Positions 10,159 through 19,624 of a stretch of 64,000 nucleotides of DNA are shown here, piece after piece. The stretch's first letter is position 1. Each line of letters opens with the position of its first letter. The DNA comes from an uncultured Spirochaetota bacterium. GTDB taxonomy: Bacteria > Spirochaetota > Spirochaetia > SZUA-6 > Fen-1364. The DNA is taken from assembly GCA_963781885.1 (NCBI GenBank), contig CAWAHW010000007.1:128001-192000 (forward strand), given 5' to 3'. A program made the translations under genes and the position numbers. The notes below the pieces were generated by a model, which was not told the origin of the DNA, did no database searches, and saw nothing but the letters and a program-made list of their open reading frames with translations.

Positions 10159-11763
10159 TCGCAATGAGCTACAGGATCGCCGGCGGCGATTTCGACACGG
10201 CGGGCATCGCCACGCGGCAGCTCAAGGAGCAGCTGGCAAAGATCGGCGTGAACGGGGCGGTCATGCGCCGCGCGATGATCGCATCGTATGAAGCGGAGAT
10301 GAACGTCGTGATCCACGCCCGCACCGGCACCTTGTGGGCACGGCTGGATGCAGGCAAGCTCGACCTCGAGGTGGCCGATGAGGGGCCGGGCATACCCGAC
10401 GTATCCCTCGCCCTGCGGGAGGGTTGGTCCACGGCTTCCGCGCAGGCGCGCGAGATGGGTTTCGGGGCCGGCATGGGGCTGCCCAACATTAAGAGGAACA
10501 GCGACCTTTTCGAGATCGAGACGCGCGTCGGGCCGGGGAACGCGCGTACGGTCCACCATCCTCCTTGCCGGCGGCGGCATCGCATCCGCGGAAGCCGCCG
10601 AGCCCGCATCCCTGTCCATCTTCTCCACGCGCTGCCGGCGCTGCCTGCGGTGCATCTTCGCCTGCCCGACCGGCGCCCTCCGTGTCCACGACCGGGGACC
10701 CGAGCTCCTGGAGGCGTTGTGCATCGGCTGCACCGCCTGTCTCGGTGAATGCCCTTCCGGCGTGTACGGCATTCCTGTCGACGTGCGAAGCACGGCGGCG
10801 CTGCGCGCGATTCCGCCGAACGCGGTCTGCGTCGTGCCGGCCGGTTTCCTCGCGGGCTTTCCCGTCGATCATGCGCCGTCGCGCGTGCGCGCGGCGCTCT
10901 TGCGAATGGGCTTTTCCGAGGTGCGGCTTCTCGACGAGTGGACCGCCGCTCTCCGCCGGGAGGCGCGCGCGCGTGCGGCCGCGGCAGCCGGGCCTCTTCC
11001 TCTCATCCCGCCATTCTGTCCCGGTGTCGTTGCGCTGGTGGAGAGCAGGTACCCGTCGCTCATTCCTAACCTGGGGCAATGGCTCTCACCCATCGAAGCT
11101 GCGGGAGAGGAGTTCCCGCTGCGGCCCGTCTCCGTCGCGGCATCCTGCCCGGCGCAGCATCGCGCCGCGCGGAGGGAGAGTCTCACGGAGAGGCTCACGG
11201 TGCTTTCTCCGTCCGCGCTGGCGGAGGCGGTACGGAAGCTCCTGCCGCGTGACGCCGAATCACCGCGGCGGGCAGCGGACACCGCCGAACAGGCCGCGCC
11301 CCTGCCGGGTGAAATCGCGGCGACGGGGGCGCGGCACGTGCTGCGCGTCCTTGCTGCCGCGGAGGCAGGGGCGCTGGATGAGGCGACGCTCCTGGAGCTT
11401 TGGTTGTGCGACACGGGCTGCGCCGGCTCTCCGCTTCTTTCCGCGGACCCCTACCTCGCACGGCATCGGCTGGCGGAAGCGTCGCTGCTCCAGGGTGCCG
11501 GCGATGCCGCCGCGGCAGCCGTGCCCCGCGCGCGTGCCTACGCACAACGCGCCGGCACGCGCCTCGATGCGGACATGGACCGCGCCATCGGGAAGCTTGC
11601 GCGCATCGACGCAATCGCGCGCGCGCTCCCCGGCAGGGACTGCGGCGCCTGCGGCGCGCCGTCCTGCGCCGCATTCGCGGAGGACGTCGTCATGGACCGC
11701 GCCGCCCGGGACGGCTGCCCGCACGCCGCGCCCGCGCGCTTTCAGAGGGAGGACGAACGATGA
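10155..11763 (+). CDS. RsbT/RsbW-like Ser/Thr kinase fused to 2x[4Fe-4S] + degenerate [FeFe]-hydrogenase-like + FeS domain; frameshift at ~10530
   Basis: YEAEMNVVIHA, DEGPGI, GFGAGMGLPN; then CxxCxxCxxxCP twice, FCP, SCP, CDTGC, CGACGAPSC; removing one G at 10530-10532 joins the two ORFs. Confidence 0.75.
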
Positions 11764-12116
11764 CGCTTGGCGACATGACGGCCCGGCTGGGACTTGAGAT
11801 TCTCACGCCCGAGCTTGCAGGTGAAGGGACCGACGTGACCCGCGGGCATGCCTCGGATCTCCTGAGCGACGTGCTGGCAAACGCGCCGTCGGGTGGGGTG
11901 CTCGTCACGATACAGGTTCACATGAATGTCGTGGCCGTCGCGCTGCACGCGGGTCTTGCCGCGGTGATCTTTGCGCACGGCATGAGACCCGACGAGGCCG
12001 TCCGGCGGAAGGCCGTGGACGAGGGGCTGCCCCTGCTCGCGAGCATGGATTCGACATTCGAGGTCGCCGGCCGTCTGTACGCCCTGGGCCTCCGGGGAAA
12101 AGGTGACGAGACGTGA
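11760..12116 (+). CDS. DRTGG-like protein
   Basis: GHASDLLSDVL..LVTIQVHMNVVAVA; ATGA overlap with the upstream gene. Confidence 0.82.
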   Translation: MTLGDMTARLGLEILTPELAGEGTDVTRGHASDLLSDVLANAPSGGVLVTIQVHMNVVAVALHAGLAAVIFAHGMRPDEAVRRKAVDEGLPLLASMDSTFEVAGRLYALGLRGKGDET

Positions 12117-12154
12117 CGCACAGATGCCCGCAGTCGGCAAAGGGACGCGCGTGA

Positions 12155-12919
12155 ATGCTGCGCCTGGCCGCCGATCTCCACATCCACACCGTTCTCTCCC
12201 CCTGTGCGTCGCGCGCCATGACGCCGGCGACAATCGTTCGGGAGGCAATGGCACGGGGCGTGGAGGTGATCGCCGTGTGTGACCACAACACGTCGGGCAA
12301 CGTGGCCGCGGTGGCGGCCGCTGCCGCCCGCGCAGGCGGGCCATTCGTCATTGCCGGTATCGAGATCACCACTTCGGAGGAAGTGCACGTGCTGGGATAT
12401 TTCCCTTCGGCGGAGAGCGCCTGCGCGGCAGGCCGTGCGGTCACGGAGCGGCTGCCCCTGTGGCGGCCCTTGACCTCCCGGACGGCCGGGTTGCGCGGCC
12501 CGCGCGAACCTGATCAGCAGATCGTGGACGCGGAGGGGAACGTGACCGGCATCGAGGAGCGGATGCTCGCGGCAGCAAGCCCGTACTCCCTTTCCCAGAC
12601 CGTGGACCTCATCCACCATCATGGGGGCCTTGCAGTGGCCGCGCACATGGATCGCCGGAGCTTCAGCGTGCCCGGGCAGCTCGGCTTCCTGCCGCCCGAC
12701 GTTCCCTTCGACGGCCTGGAGATTTCCGCGGCCGGGGTGAACCGGGGCCGCGCGCGCGATTTCGCCTGCCACGGCATCACGCTCATCAGCTCGTCGGACA
12801 GCCACTTCCCGACCGAGATCGGCACGGGCATCACGGCGCTGGACGTGGAGGACATGAGCTTTGATGAGCTTTCCCTGGCGCTGTGCGGATCGTGCGGAAG
12901 GGGATGCGCCATTGCGTGA
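12155..12919 (+). CDS. PHP-domain phosphoesterase
   Basis: DLHIHTVLSPC, DHN, EEVH, AH, SSDSH. Confidence 0.9.
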   Translation: MLRLAADLHIHTVLSPCASRAMTPATIVREAMARGVEVIAVCDHNTSGNVAAVAAAAARAGGPFVIAGIEITTSEEVHVLGYFPSAESACAAGRAVTERLPLWRPLTSRTAGLRGPREPDQQIVDAEGNVTGIEERMLAAASPYSLSQTVDLIHHHGGLAVAAHMDRRSFSVPGQLGFLPPDVPFDGLEISAAGVNRGRARDFACHGITLISSSDSHFPTEIGTGITALDVEDMSFDELSLALCGSCGRGCAIA

Positions 12920-13457
12920 GATCGCCCTCCACATCCTGGACCTCGTGGAAAACTCCATCCGTGCCGGCGCCGCGGTCATCGAGGTGACGGTGGAGGAAGA
13001 GCCTGACCGCGATCTGCTCGGCATCGCCGTGGAAGACGACGGGCCCGGTCTTCCCGTGCCGGCGGAGCGCGCTGCCGATCCCTTCTTCACGACGAAGGAG
13101 GGGAAGAAGACGGGCCTGGGTCTCAGCATGCTGAAGTTCCGCGCCGAGCAGGTGGGAGGCAGCTTCTGCCTCTCGCGGTCCGCGCTGGGCGGGCTTGCCG
13201 TGCGCGCTTCCATGCCGTTGTCCAACGTCGACAGGAGCCCGCTGGGCGACCTTGCCGCGACGCTCGCATCGGTGGTGTGTACGAACCCGGACGTGGAGCT
13301 GCGGTCGCGCCTGCGCGTCGGCGGCCGGGAGTGGTCGGTGAGCACGGCCGACATCGTGCGCGGCCTGCCCGTCGGGGGGCGCGGCGAGATCGTCGTCGCG
13401 CGGCGCATGAAAGAGCGAATTGCGGAGGGTCTTTCGGCCCTCCATGTTTCGGATTGA
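12912..13457 (+). CDS. Stand-alone HATPase (histidine-kinase-like ATPase)
   Basis: REIALHILDLVENSIRA, DDGPG, DPFFTTK, GLGL; TTG start. Confidence 0.87.
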   Translation: MREIALHILDLVENSIRAGAAVIEVTVEEEPDRDLLGIAVEDDGPGLPVPAERAADPFFTTKEGKKTGLGLSMLKFRAEQVGGSFCLSRSALGGLAVRASMPLSNVDRSPLGDLAATLASVVCTNPDVELRSRLRVGGREWSVSTADIVRGLPVGGRGEIVVARRMKERIAEGLSALHVSD

Positions 13458-13479
13458 TCACGAAGGAAGGGAGAAGGAC

Positions 13480-14130
13480 ATGAACGAACAAGAAGGGCCC
13501 GCCGCCATCGCCTGCGCGTGCGGGGAGAAGGCCACCGAGTCGGAGCTCATGCGGAGACTCGATGAGATCCTCGCCGAGTACCGCGGGAAGCCGGGAGCGC
13601 TCATCCCGGTGCTCCAGCTCGCGCAGGGCATCTTCGGATACCTCCCGGAGAATGTCCTGAAGCACATCGCGCTCACCATGGGCAAGTCCTACAGCGAGGT
13701 GGCGGGAGTCGTGAGCTTCTACGCCTTCTTCTCCACGCATCCGCGCGGCCGTCACGTCGTGCGCGTGTGTCTTGGCACCGCCTGCTACGTGCGCGGCGGC
13801 AAGCAGGTGCTGGAAACGATGCGCAAGGAGCTTGGCGTCGACGTGGGCGAGACGTCGAAGGACGGCATGTTCAGTCTCGAGGTGGCGCGCTGCTTCGGCG
13901 CCTGCGGTCTTGCCCCTGCCATGTGCATCGATGACGAGGTCTACAAGCGCGTGCGGCCGTCGAAGATCCGCGAGATACTCGCCACCTACTACGCGCCGGT
14001 GAAGAAATCTGGCACGCGTGCGCCGGCCGCGGCCAAGCGTGCGGCTGTTGCGGCGAAGCGCCCTGCGGCAAAGCGCCCCGTCGCGAAAAAGCACGCCGCC
14101 ACCAGGAAAGGAGTGAAGGTCCATGGATAA
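13480..14130 (+). CDS. hydC: [FeFe]-hydrogenase NuoE-like [2Fe-2S] subunit with Lys/Ala-rich tail
   Basis: LIPVLQ, VCLGTAC, RCFGACGLAP; RBS GAAGGA. Confidence 0.92.
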   Translation: MNEQEGPAAIACACGEKATESELMRRLDEILAEYRGKPGALIPVLQLAQGIFGYLPENVLKHIALTMGKSYSEVAGVVSFYAFFSTHPRGRHVVRVCLGTACYVRGGKQVLETMRKELGVDVGETSKDGMFSLEVARCFGACGLAPAMCIDDEVYKRVRPSKIREILATYYAPVKKSGTRAPAAAKRAAVAAKRPAAKRPVAKKHAATRKGVKVHG

Positions 14131-14536
14131 GATACGCAGCCTTCAGGACATCCTTGCCATCAAGGAACAGGCGCAGAAGAAAACGGCCCTCCGCGAGGAC
14201 GGGTACACGATGTGCTTCACCGTGCACATGGGGACCTGCGGGATCGCAAGCGGCGCCCGCGAGGTCGTCAACGCTGTTGCGGCGGAGCTCGAGTCCACCG
14301 GCCGCACCGACATCCGGCTCACCACGTCGGGATGCATCGGCGCCTGCGAGCACGAGCCGGTGATGACCGTGGAAAAGCTGGGCGCGCAGCCCGTGCTCTA
14401 CGGCCACCTGGACGCGGCCAAGGCGCGCGAGGTCTTCCGCCAGACGCTGGCAGGGAAGGCCACACCCGCTTACATGGTCTACGTCGGCGCCGCGCCTTCC
14501 GATGCGCACGCGACGAAGAAAGGGGCCCGGCAATGA
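14123..14536 (+). CDS. hydD: Thioredoxin-like [2Fe-2S] ferredoxin subunit (HydD/HndB)
   Basis: MGTCGIASGA, GCIGACEHEP. Confidence 0.85.
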   Translation: MDKIRSLQDILAIKEQAQKKTALREDGYTMCFTVHMGTCGIASGAREVVNAVAAELESTGRTDIRLTTSGCIGACEHEPVMTVEKLGAQPVLYGHLDAAKAREVFRQTLAGKATPAYMVYVGAAPSDAHATKKGARQ

Positions 14537-17500
14537 GAACGACACGGATGCATCTGCTCATGTGCTTCGGCACCGGCTGCGTCTCTTCCGGTGCGGAAAA
14601 GGTGCGGGACGCTCTGGTGAAGGAGCTTGTCGCACGCGGTCTCATGGACGATGTCGCGATCGGCGACTTGAACGACGGCCACGGCGACGGCAACGGCACA
14701 AGCGGGCACGGCGAAGTGGCCGTCGTACGGACCGGCTGCAACGGATTCTGCGCGTGCGGTCCGCTCATGGTCGTCTACCCCGGCGGCTACTTCTACCAGA
14801 AGCTCACGCCGGAGGACATGCCGGAGCTCGTGGATGAGCACGTCCTGAAGGGAAGGCCGGTGGAGCGCCTGATGTTCCATCACCCCGTCACCCAGGCGGT
14901 CATTCCCCACTACGCGGACATTCCCTTCTTCGCCCGGCAGAACCTGCGCGTCCTGCACAACAAGGGCAAGATCTCCGCCACGAGCATCGAGGAGTACATC
15001 GGCCGCGGCGGCTATGTCGCCACGGCGAAGGCGCTTCTGGAGATGACGCCGCAGGGCCTCGTGGACGAAATGAAGAAATCCGGTCTTCGCGGCCGCGGCG
15101 GCGCGGGATTCCCCACCGGCATGAAGTGGGATTTCGCCGCGCGGACGAAATCGGACCAGAAGTACTTCCTCTGCAACGCGGATGAAGGCGACCCCGGCGC
15201 CTTCATGGACAGGAGCGTCCTGGAAAGCGATCCCCATGCCGTGCTGGAAGGCATGATCATCGGCGCCCGGGCAATCGGCGCGAGCCAGGGCTACATCTAC
15301 TGCCGCGCGGAGTACCCGCTTGCAATCGAGCGGCTGAATCTCGCCATCGCCCAGTGCCGGGAGCGCGGGCTCCTGGGCAAGGACATCCTGGGAACCGGTT
15401 TCGATTTCGACATCGAGATCGCGCGCGGCTCCGGCGCCTTTGTCTGCGGCGAGGAGACCGCCCTCATGCGGTCCATCGAGGGAAAGCGCGGCGAGCCGCG
15501 GCCCCGGCCCCCGTTCCCCGCGGTCGCGGGGCTCTGGGAGAAGCCGACGGTCCTCAACAACGTGGAGACCCTGGCGAATGTGCCGCTCATCATCGCCAAC
15601 GGCGCGGACTGGTTCAAGTCGGTGGGAAATGAGAAGAGCCCGGGCACGAAGATCTTTGCCCTCACCGGCAAGGTCAACAATGTGGGCCTCGTCGAGGTGA
15701 ACATGGGCATCCCGCTTGGTGAGATCATCTACGACATCGGCGGCGGCATTCCGAACGGCAAGAAGTTCAAGGCCGCGCAGATCGGCGGCCCGTCGGGCGG
15801 CTGCATCCCCAAGGAGCAGCTCAACGTTCCCGTGGACTACGAATCCATCACCGCGCTGGGGGCCATCATGGGCTCGGGCGGGCTCATCGTGATGGACGAG
15901 GATTCCTGCATGGTGGACATGGCGCGCTTCTTCCTGGAGTTCACGCAGGACGAGTCGTGCGGCAAGTGCACGCCCTGCCGCGTCGGCACGCGGCGGATGC
16001 TGGAGATCCTGGAACGCATCTGCGCGGGCAAGGGGGAAGACGGCGACATCGAGCGCCTGGTGGACCTCGGCAATACGATCAAGGACACCGCGCTCTGCGG
16101 TCTGGGCCAGACGGCGCCCAATCCCGTTCTTTCGTTCATCCGATTCTTCCGCGACGAGTTCGTGGAGCACATCCGGGACAAGAAGTGCCGGGCAGGAGTC
16201 TGCGCCGAGCTCGTGCGCGCCCCCTGTCAGAACGCCTGTCCCGCCGGCGTGGACATCCCGGGCTTCATCAGTCTCACCGGCGAGAAGCGCTACAACGAGG
16301 CGCTCCTCCTGCATCGCGAGCGCAACCCCTTCGTGGCGGTCTGCGCGCGCGTCTGCTTCCACCCCTGCGAGGGCAAGTGCCGCAGGGTCACGCTGGACGA
16401 GCCTCTCTCCGTGCGGGCGGTGAAGAGATTCCTCGCCGACCAGGAGAAGGAGTTCCAGGTCCCCGCGCCCGTCGTGAACGCGGCGAACGCCAAGCGCAAG
16501 ATCGCGGTGATCGGCGCAGGACCCGCGGGCATGTCATGTGCGTACTTCCTTGCCCGCCTGGGCTACAAGCCGACCGTGTACGAAGCGGCCGACAAGCCGG
16601 GCGGCATGCTCCTGCAGGCGATACCCGCCTACCGGTTGCCGCGCGACATCCTTGCCAACGAGATACGCGGCATCGCGGAGCTGGGCGTCACCATCAAGAC
16701 GAAGAAGAAGCTCGGCAGGGACTTCACTCTCTCCTCTCTGAAGGAGATGGGATATGACGCCGTGTTCCTCGCCGTCGGTGCTCCGACAGGCATGGCCCTT
16801 GGCATGAAGGGCGAGGACATGAAGGGCGTCGTGGATGCCCTTGGGTTCCTCCGCGAATACAACCTCACGGGCAAGGCCGCTGTCGGAAAGAACGTCGTGG
16901 TGGTGGGCGGCGGAAACGCCGCGGTGGACGCCGCGCGCACGGCCCTGCGGCTGGGCGCGGAGACCGCGACCGTGGTCTACCGACGCACGCGCGCGGAAAT
17001 GCCGGCCTACGAGGAAGAAGTGGAAGAGGCCGAGCGCGAAGGTGTGAAGTTCGAGTTCCTCGCGGCGCCCCTGGAGCTGGTGGAAAAGGGCGGCAAGGTC
17101 TCCCAGGCGAAGTTCCGCAAGATGGATCTTGGCGACTTCGACCGCACGGGCAGACGCAAGCCCGTTGCCCGTGGTGAGAACGATTTCACCCTGAAAGCGG
17201 ACATGGTGATCGCGGCCATCGGCCAGACGCTGGTGGCCGACGAGCTCTTCGATGGCGTGAGCGTGAAGCTCAACGAGCGGCACTATCTCGCCGCGGATCC
17301 CGTCACGGGGCAGACGTCCGTGGACTGGATCTTCGCCGGCGGTGACGCGGCCACGGGGCCGTCCTCCGTCGTGGAGGCGATAGGCGCGGGCGAAAAGGCC
17401 GCGGTGGGAATCGACAGGTTCCTCACCGGCGCGGTGCACGCGACGTGGCGGACATACAAGATCGCCAATACGTTCTTCGATCCGGAGGCGGATCCCGTGA

Positions 17501-17823
17501 TCGCCAATCGGCCGGAGGTGAAGATGATTCCTCTTGCGAAGCGCGCGGGCACATTCGCCGAGGTGGAGACAACGTGGGCGCGCGCGATCGCGCTGGCGGA
17601 AACGCAGCGCTGCCTGCGCTGCGACTACCGCGAAGAAGCGGCTGTCGGAGCGTCCAACGGCAACGGCACGGCCCAAATGCCACGGAGTACCGTGGCCGCC
17701 GGTGCTTCGCAAATGCCACGGAGTACCGTGGCCGCCGGTGCTTCGCAAATGCCACGGAGTACCGTGGCCGGTGCTTCGCAAATGCCACGGAGTACCGTGG
17801 CCGGTGCCAGGAAAGGAGCGTAA
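14533..17823 (+). CDS. hydB: NuoF-like FMN/NADH subunit fused to a GltD/NfnB-like FAD/NAD(P)H oxidoreductase module
   Basis: GLRGRGGAGFP, CNADEGDPG, GAFVCGEET, ESCGKCTPCR, then PCQNACP, GAGPAG, GGGNAA, FAGGD, RCLRC. Confidence 0.92.
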   Translation: MRTTRMHLLMCFGTGCVSSGAEKVRDALVKELVARGLMDDVAIGDLNDGHGDGNGTSGHGEVAVVRTGCNGFCACGPLMVVYPGGYFYQKLTPEDMPELVDEHVLKGRPVERLMFHHPVTQAVIPHYADIPFFARQNLRVLHNKGKISATSIEEYIGRGGYVATAKALLEMTPQGLVDEMKKSGLRGRGGAGFPTGMKWDFAARTKSDQKYFLCNADEGDPGAFMDRSVLESDPHAVLEGMIIGARAIGASQGYIYCRAEYPLAIERLNLAIAQCRERGLLGKDILGTGFDFDIEIARGSGAFVCGEETALMRSIEGKRGEPRPRPPFPAVAGLWEKPTVLNNVETLANVPLIIANGADWFKSVGNEKSPGTKIFALTGKVNNVGLVEVNMGIPLGEIIYDIGGGIPNGKKFKAAQIGGPSGGCIPKEQLNVPVDYESITALGAIMGSGGLIVMDEDSCMVDMARFFLEFTQDESCGKCTPCRVGTRRMLEILERICAGKGEDGDIERLVDLGNTIKDTALCGLGQTAPNPVLSFIRFFRDEFVEHIRDKKCRAGVCAELVRAPCQNACPAGVDIPGFISLTGEKRYNEALLLHRERNPFVAVCARVCFHPCEGKCRRVTLDEPLSVRAVKRFLADQEKEFQVPAPVVNAANAKRKIAVIGAGPAGMSCAYFLARLGYKPTVYEAADKPGGMLLQAIPAYRLPRDILANEIRGIAELGVTIKTKKKLGRDFTLSSLKEMGYDAVFLAVGAPTGMALGMKGEDMKGVVDALGFLREYNLTGKAAVGKNVVVVGGGNAAVDAARTALRLGAETATVVYRRTRAEMPAYEEEVEEAEREGVKFEFLAAPLELVEKGGKVSQAKFRKMDLGDFDRTGRRKPVARGENDFTLKADMVIAAIGQTLVADELFDGVSVKLNERHYLAADPVTGQTSVDWIFAGGDAATGPSSVVEAIGAGEKAAVGIDRFLTGAVHATWRTYKIANTFFDPEADPVIANRPEVKMIPLAKRAGTFAEVETTWARAIALAETQRCLRCDYREEAAVGASNGNGTAQMPRSTVAAGASQMPRSTVAAGASQMPRSTVAGASQMPRSTVAGARKGA
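17674..17807 (+). repeat. In-frame tandem repeat (36,36,33,29 bp) of CAAATGCCACGGAGTACCGTGGCC(GCC)GGTGCTTCG at the 3' end of hydB
   Basis: Encodes QMPRSTVA(A)GAS x4; each unit holds the GCCACGG-AGTA-CCGTGGC hairpin. Confidence 0.96.
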
Positions 17824-17829
17824 GCAACC

Positions 17830-19599
17830 ATGCAGAACCTGACGATAGACGACAAGAAGATACAGGTGCCGGACGGCACGCCGATCATCGAGGCCGCGCG
17901 GATGGTGGGGGTGAAGATACCCTCCCTCTGCTACCTGAAGAACGTCCAGGCCATCGGAGCCTGCCGGGTGTGCCTCGTGGAAGTGGAAGGAGCCAAGACG
18001 CTGATGGCCTCCTGCTCCACTCCCGCCTGGGAAGGCATGAAGGTGCACACCAATACCGCGCGGGTGCGCGCCGCGCGCAAGACGGTCGTGGAGCTGATCC
18101 TCTCCGACCATGAGGGGGACTGCCAGGTCTGCGACCGCAACGTGGACTGCGAGCTGCAGGCAGTGGCGAGCGACCTGGGCATCCGCAAGGTGACCTACCC
18201 CGGCATGAAGAGCAAGGCGATGACCGACGACAGCACGCCTGCCCTCATCCGCGACACGGCCAAGTGCATCTCCTGCCGCCGCTGCGTGGCTGTCTGCAGC
18301 AACACCCAGGGCGTCGGCGCGATATTCCCGCAGGGGCGGGGGTTCGCTTCCATGGTCGGCCCGGCATTTGCGCAGAACCTCTCCGACGTGGTCTGCGTGC
18401 AGTGCGGGCAGTGCGCCGCGGTGTGTCCCGTCGGGGCGATCAGCGAGCGCGACGAGATCGGCAAGGTATGGGCGGCGCTGGACGACCCGAAGAAGACGGT
18501 CGTCGTCCAGACGGCTCCTGCCATACGCGCCGCCCTTGGCGAGTGCTTCGGCTATGCCCCCGGCACGCTCGTGACGGGCAAGATGGTGACAGCCCTGCGC
18601 CAGATGGGTTTCCACCATGTTTTCGACACGAACTTCACGGCGGACCTCACGATCATGGAGGAAGGCACCGAGCTCCTCACCCGACTCAAGGACGCGCTCG
18701 TGGAAAAGAAGCAGGTGGCCCTGCCGATGTTCACGAGCTGCTCGCCTGGCTGGATCCGCTACGCCGAGCATTTCTGGCCCGAAATACTCCCCAACATCTC
18801 TACCTGCAAGTCACCCCAGCAGATGTTCGGGGCGGTTGCAAAGACCTATTTCGCGGAAAAAATCGGCAAGAAGGCGGAGGACATTTTCGTCGTGTCGGTG
18901 ATGCCGTGCACGGCGAAGAAGTACGAATCGCAGAGGCCCGAGATGCGCGGAAGCGGGGAGCGCGACGTCGACGTGGTGCTCACGACGCGCGAGCTGGGCA
19001 AGATGATCCGGCAGGCGGGCATCGACTTCGGCGCGCTGGCCGACGGCAAAATGGACAGCATCCTCGGCGCCTCCTCGGGCGCGGCGGACATCTTTGCCAA
19101 CACCGGCGGCGTCATGGAGGCGGCGCTGCGCACCGTGTATGAGCTCGTGACGGGCCGGCAGCTTCCCTTCGAGAACCTGCACATCACCCCGATCATGGGC
19201 CTCGCCGGCCTGAAAGAGGCGGCGGTGAAGATCGAGGGCACGGTGCCGGCATGGTCCTTCCTGGAAGGGGTGACCGTGAAGGTTGCCGTGGCGCACGGGC
19301 TGGGCAACGCGCGCATCCTGATAGAAAAGATCAAGGCGGGTGAAAGCTACCACTTCGTCGAAGTCATGACCTGTCCCGGCGGCTGCATCGGCGGCGGCGG
19401 GCAGCCGCGCCTCACGACCGACGACGTGCGCAAGGCGCGCATCGCGGCGATCTACAAGGAGGACGAGGGCAAGCCGATCCGCAAGTCGCACAACAACCCG
19501 GAGGTGAAGGCAATCTACGAGGAGTACCTGAAAAAGCCCCTCGGGGAGAAGTCGCATCACCTCCTGCACACGACCTACACGCCGCGGGAGAGGGTTTAA
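17830..19599 (+). CDS. hydA: Catalytic [FeFe]-hydrogenase, group A (electron-bifurcating A3 context)
   Basis: H-cluster motifs TSCSPGW, MPCTAKKYE, EVMTCPGGCIGGGGQP; N-terminal [2Fe-2S], His-ligated and 2x[4Fe-4S] clusters. Confidence 0.97.
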   Translation: MQNLTIDDKKIQVPDGTPIIEAARMVGVKIPSLCYLKNVQAIGACRVCLVEVEGAKTLMASCSTPAWEGMKVHTNTARVRAARKTVVELILSDHEGDCQVCDRNVDCELQAVASDLGIRKVTYPGMKSKAMTDDSTPALIRDTAKCISCRRCVAVCSNTQGVGAIFPQGRGFASMVGPAFAQNLSDVVCVQCGQCAAVCPVGAISERDEIGKVWAALDDPKKTVVVQTAPAIRAALGECFGYAPGTLVTGKMVTALRQMGFHHVFDTNFTADLTIMEEGTELLTRLKDALVEKKQVALPMFTSCSPGWIRYAEHFWPEILPNISTCKSPQQMFGAVAKTYFAEKIGKKAEDIFVVSVMPCTAKKYESQRPEMRGSGERDVDVVLTTRELGKMIRQAGIDFGALADGKMDSILGASSGAADIFANTGGVMEAALRTVYELVTGRQLPFENLHITPIMGLAGLKEAAVKIEGTVPAWSFLEGVTVKVAVAHGLGNARILIEKIKAGESYHFVEVMTCPGGCIGGGGQPRLTTDDVRKARIAAIYKEDEGKPIRKSHNNPEVKAIYEEYLKKPLGEKSHHLLHTTYTPRERV

Positions 19600-19624
19600 G
19601 GGGCCCGCGGGAGCGGGGTCCAGT

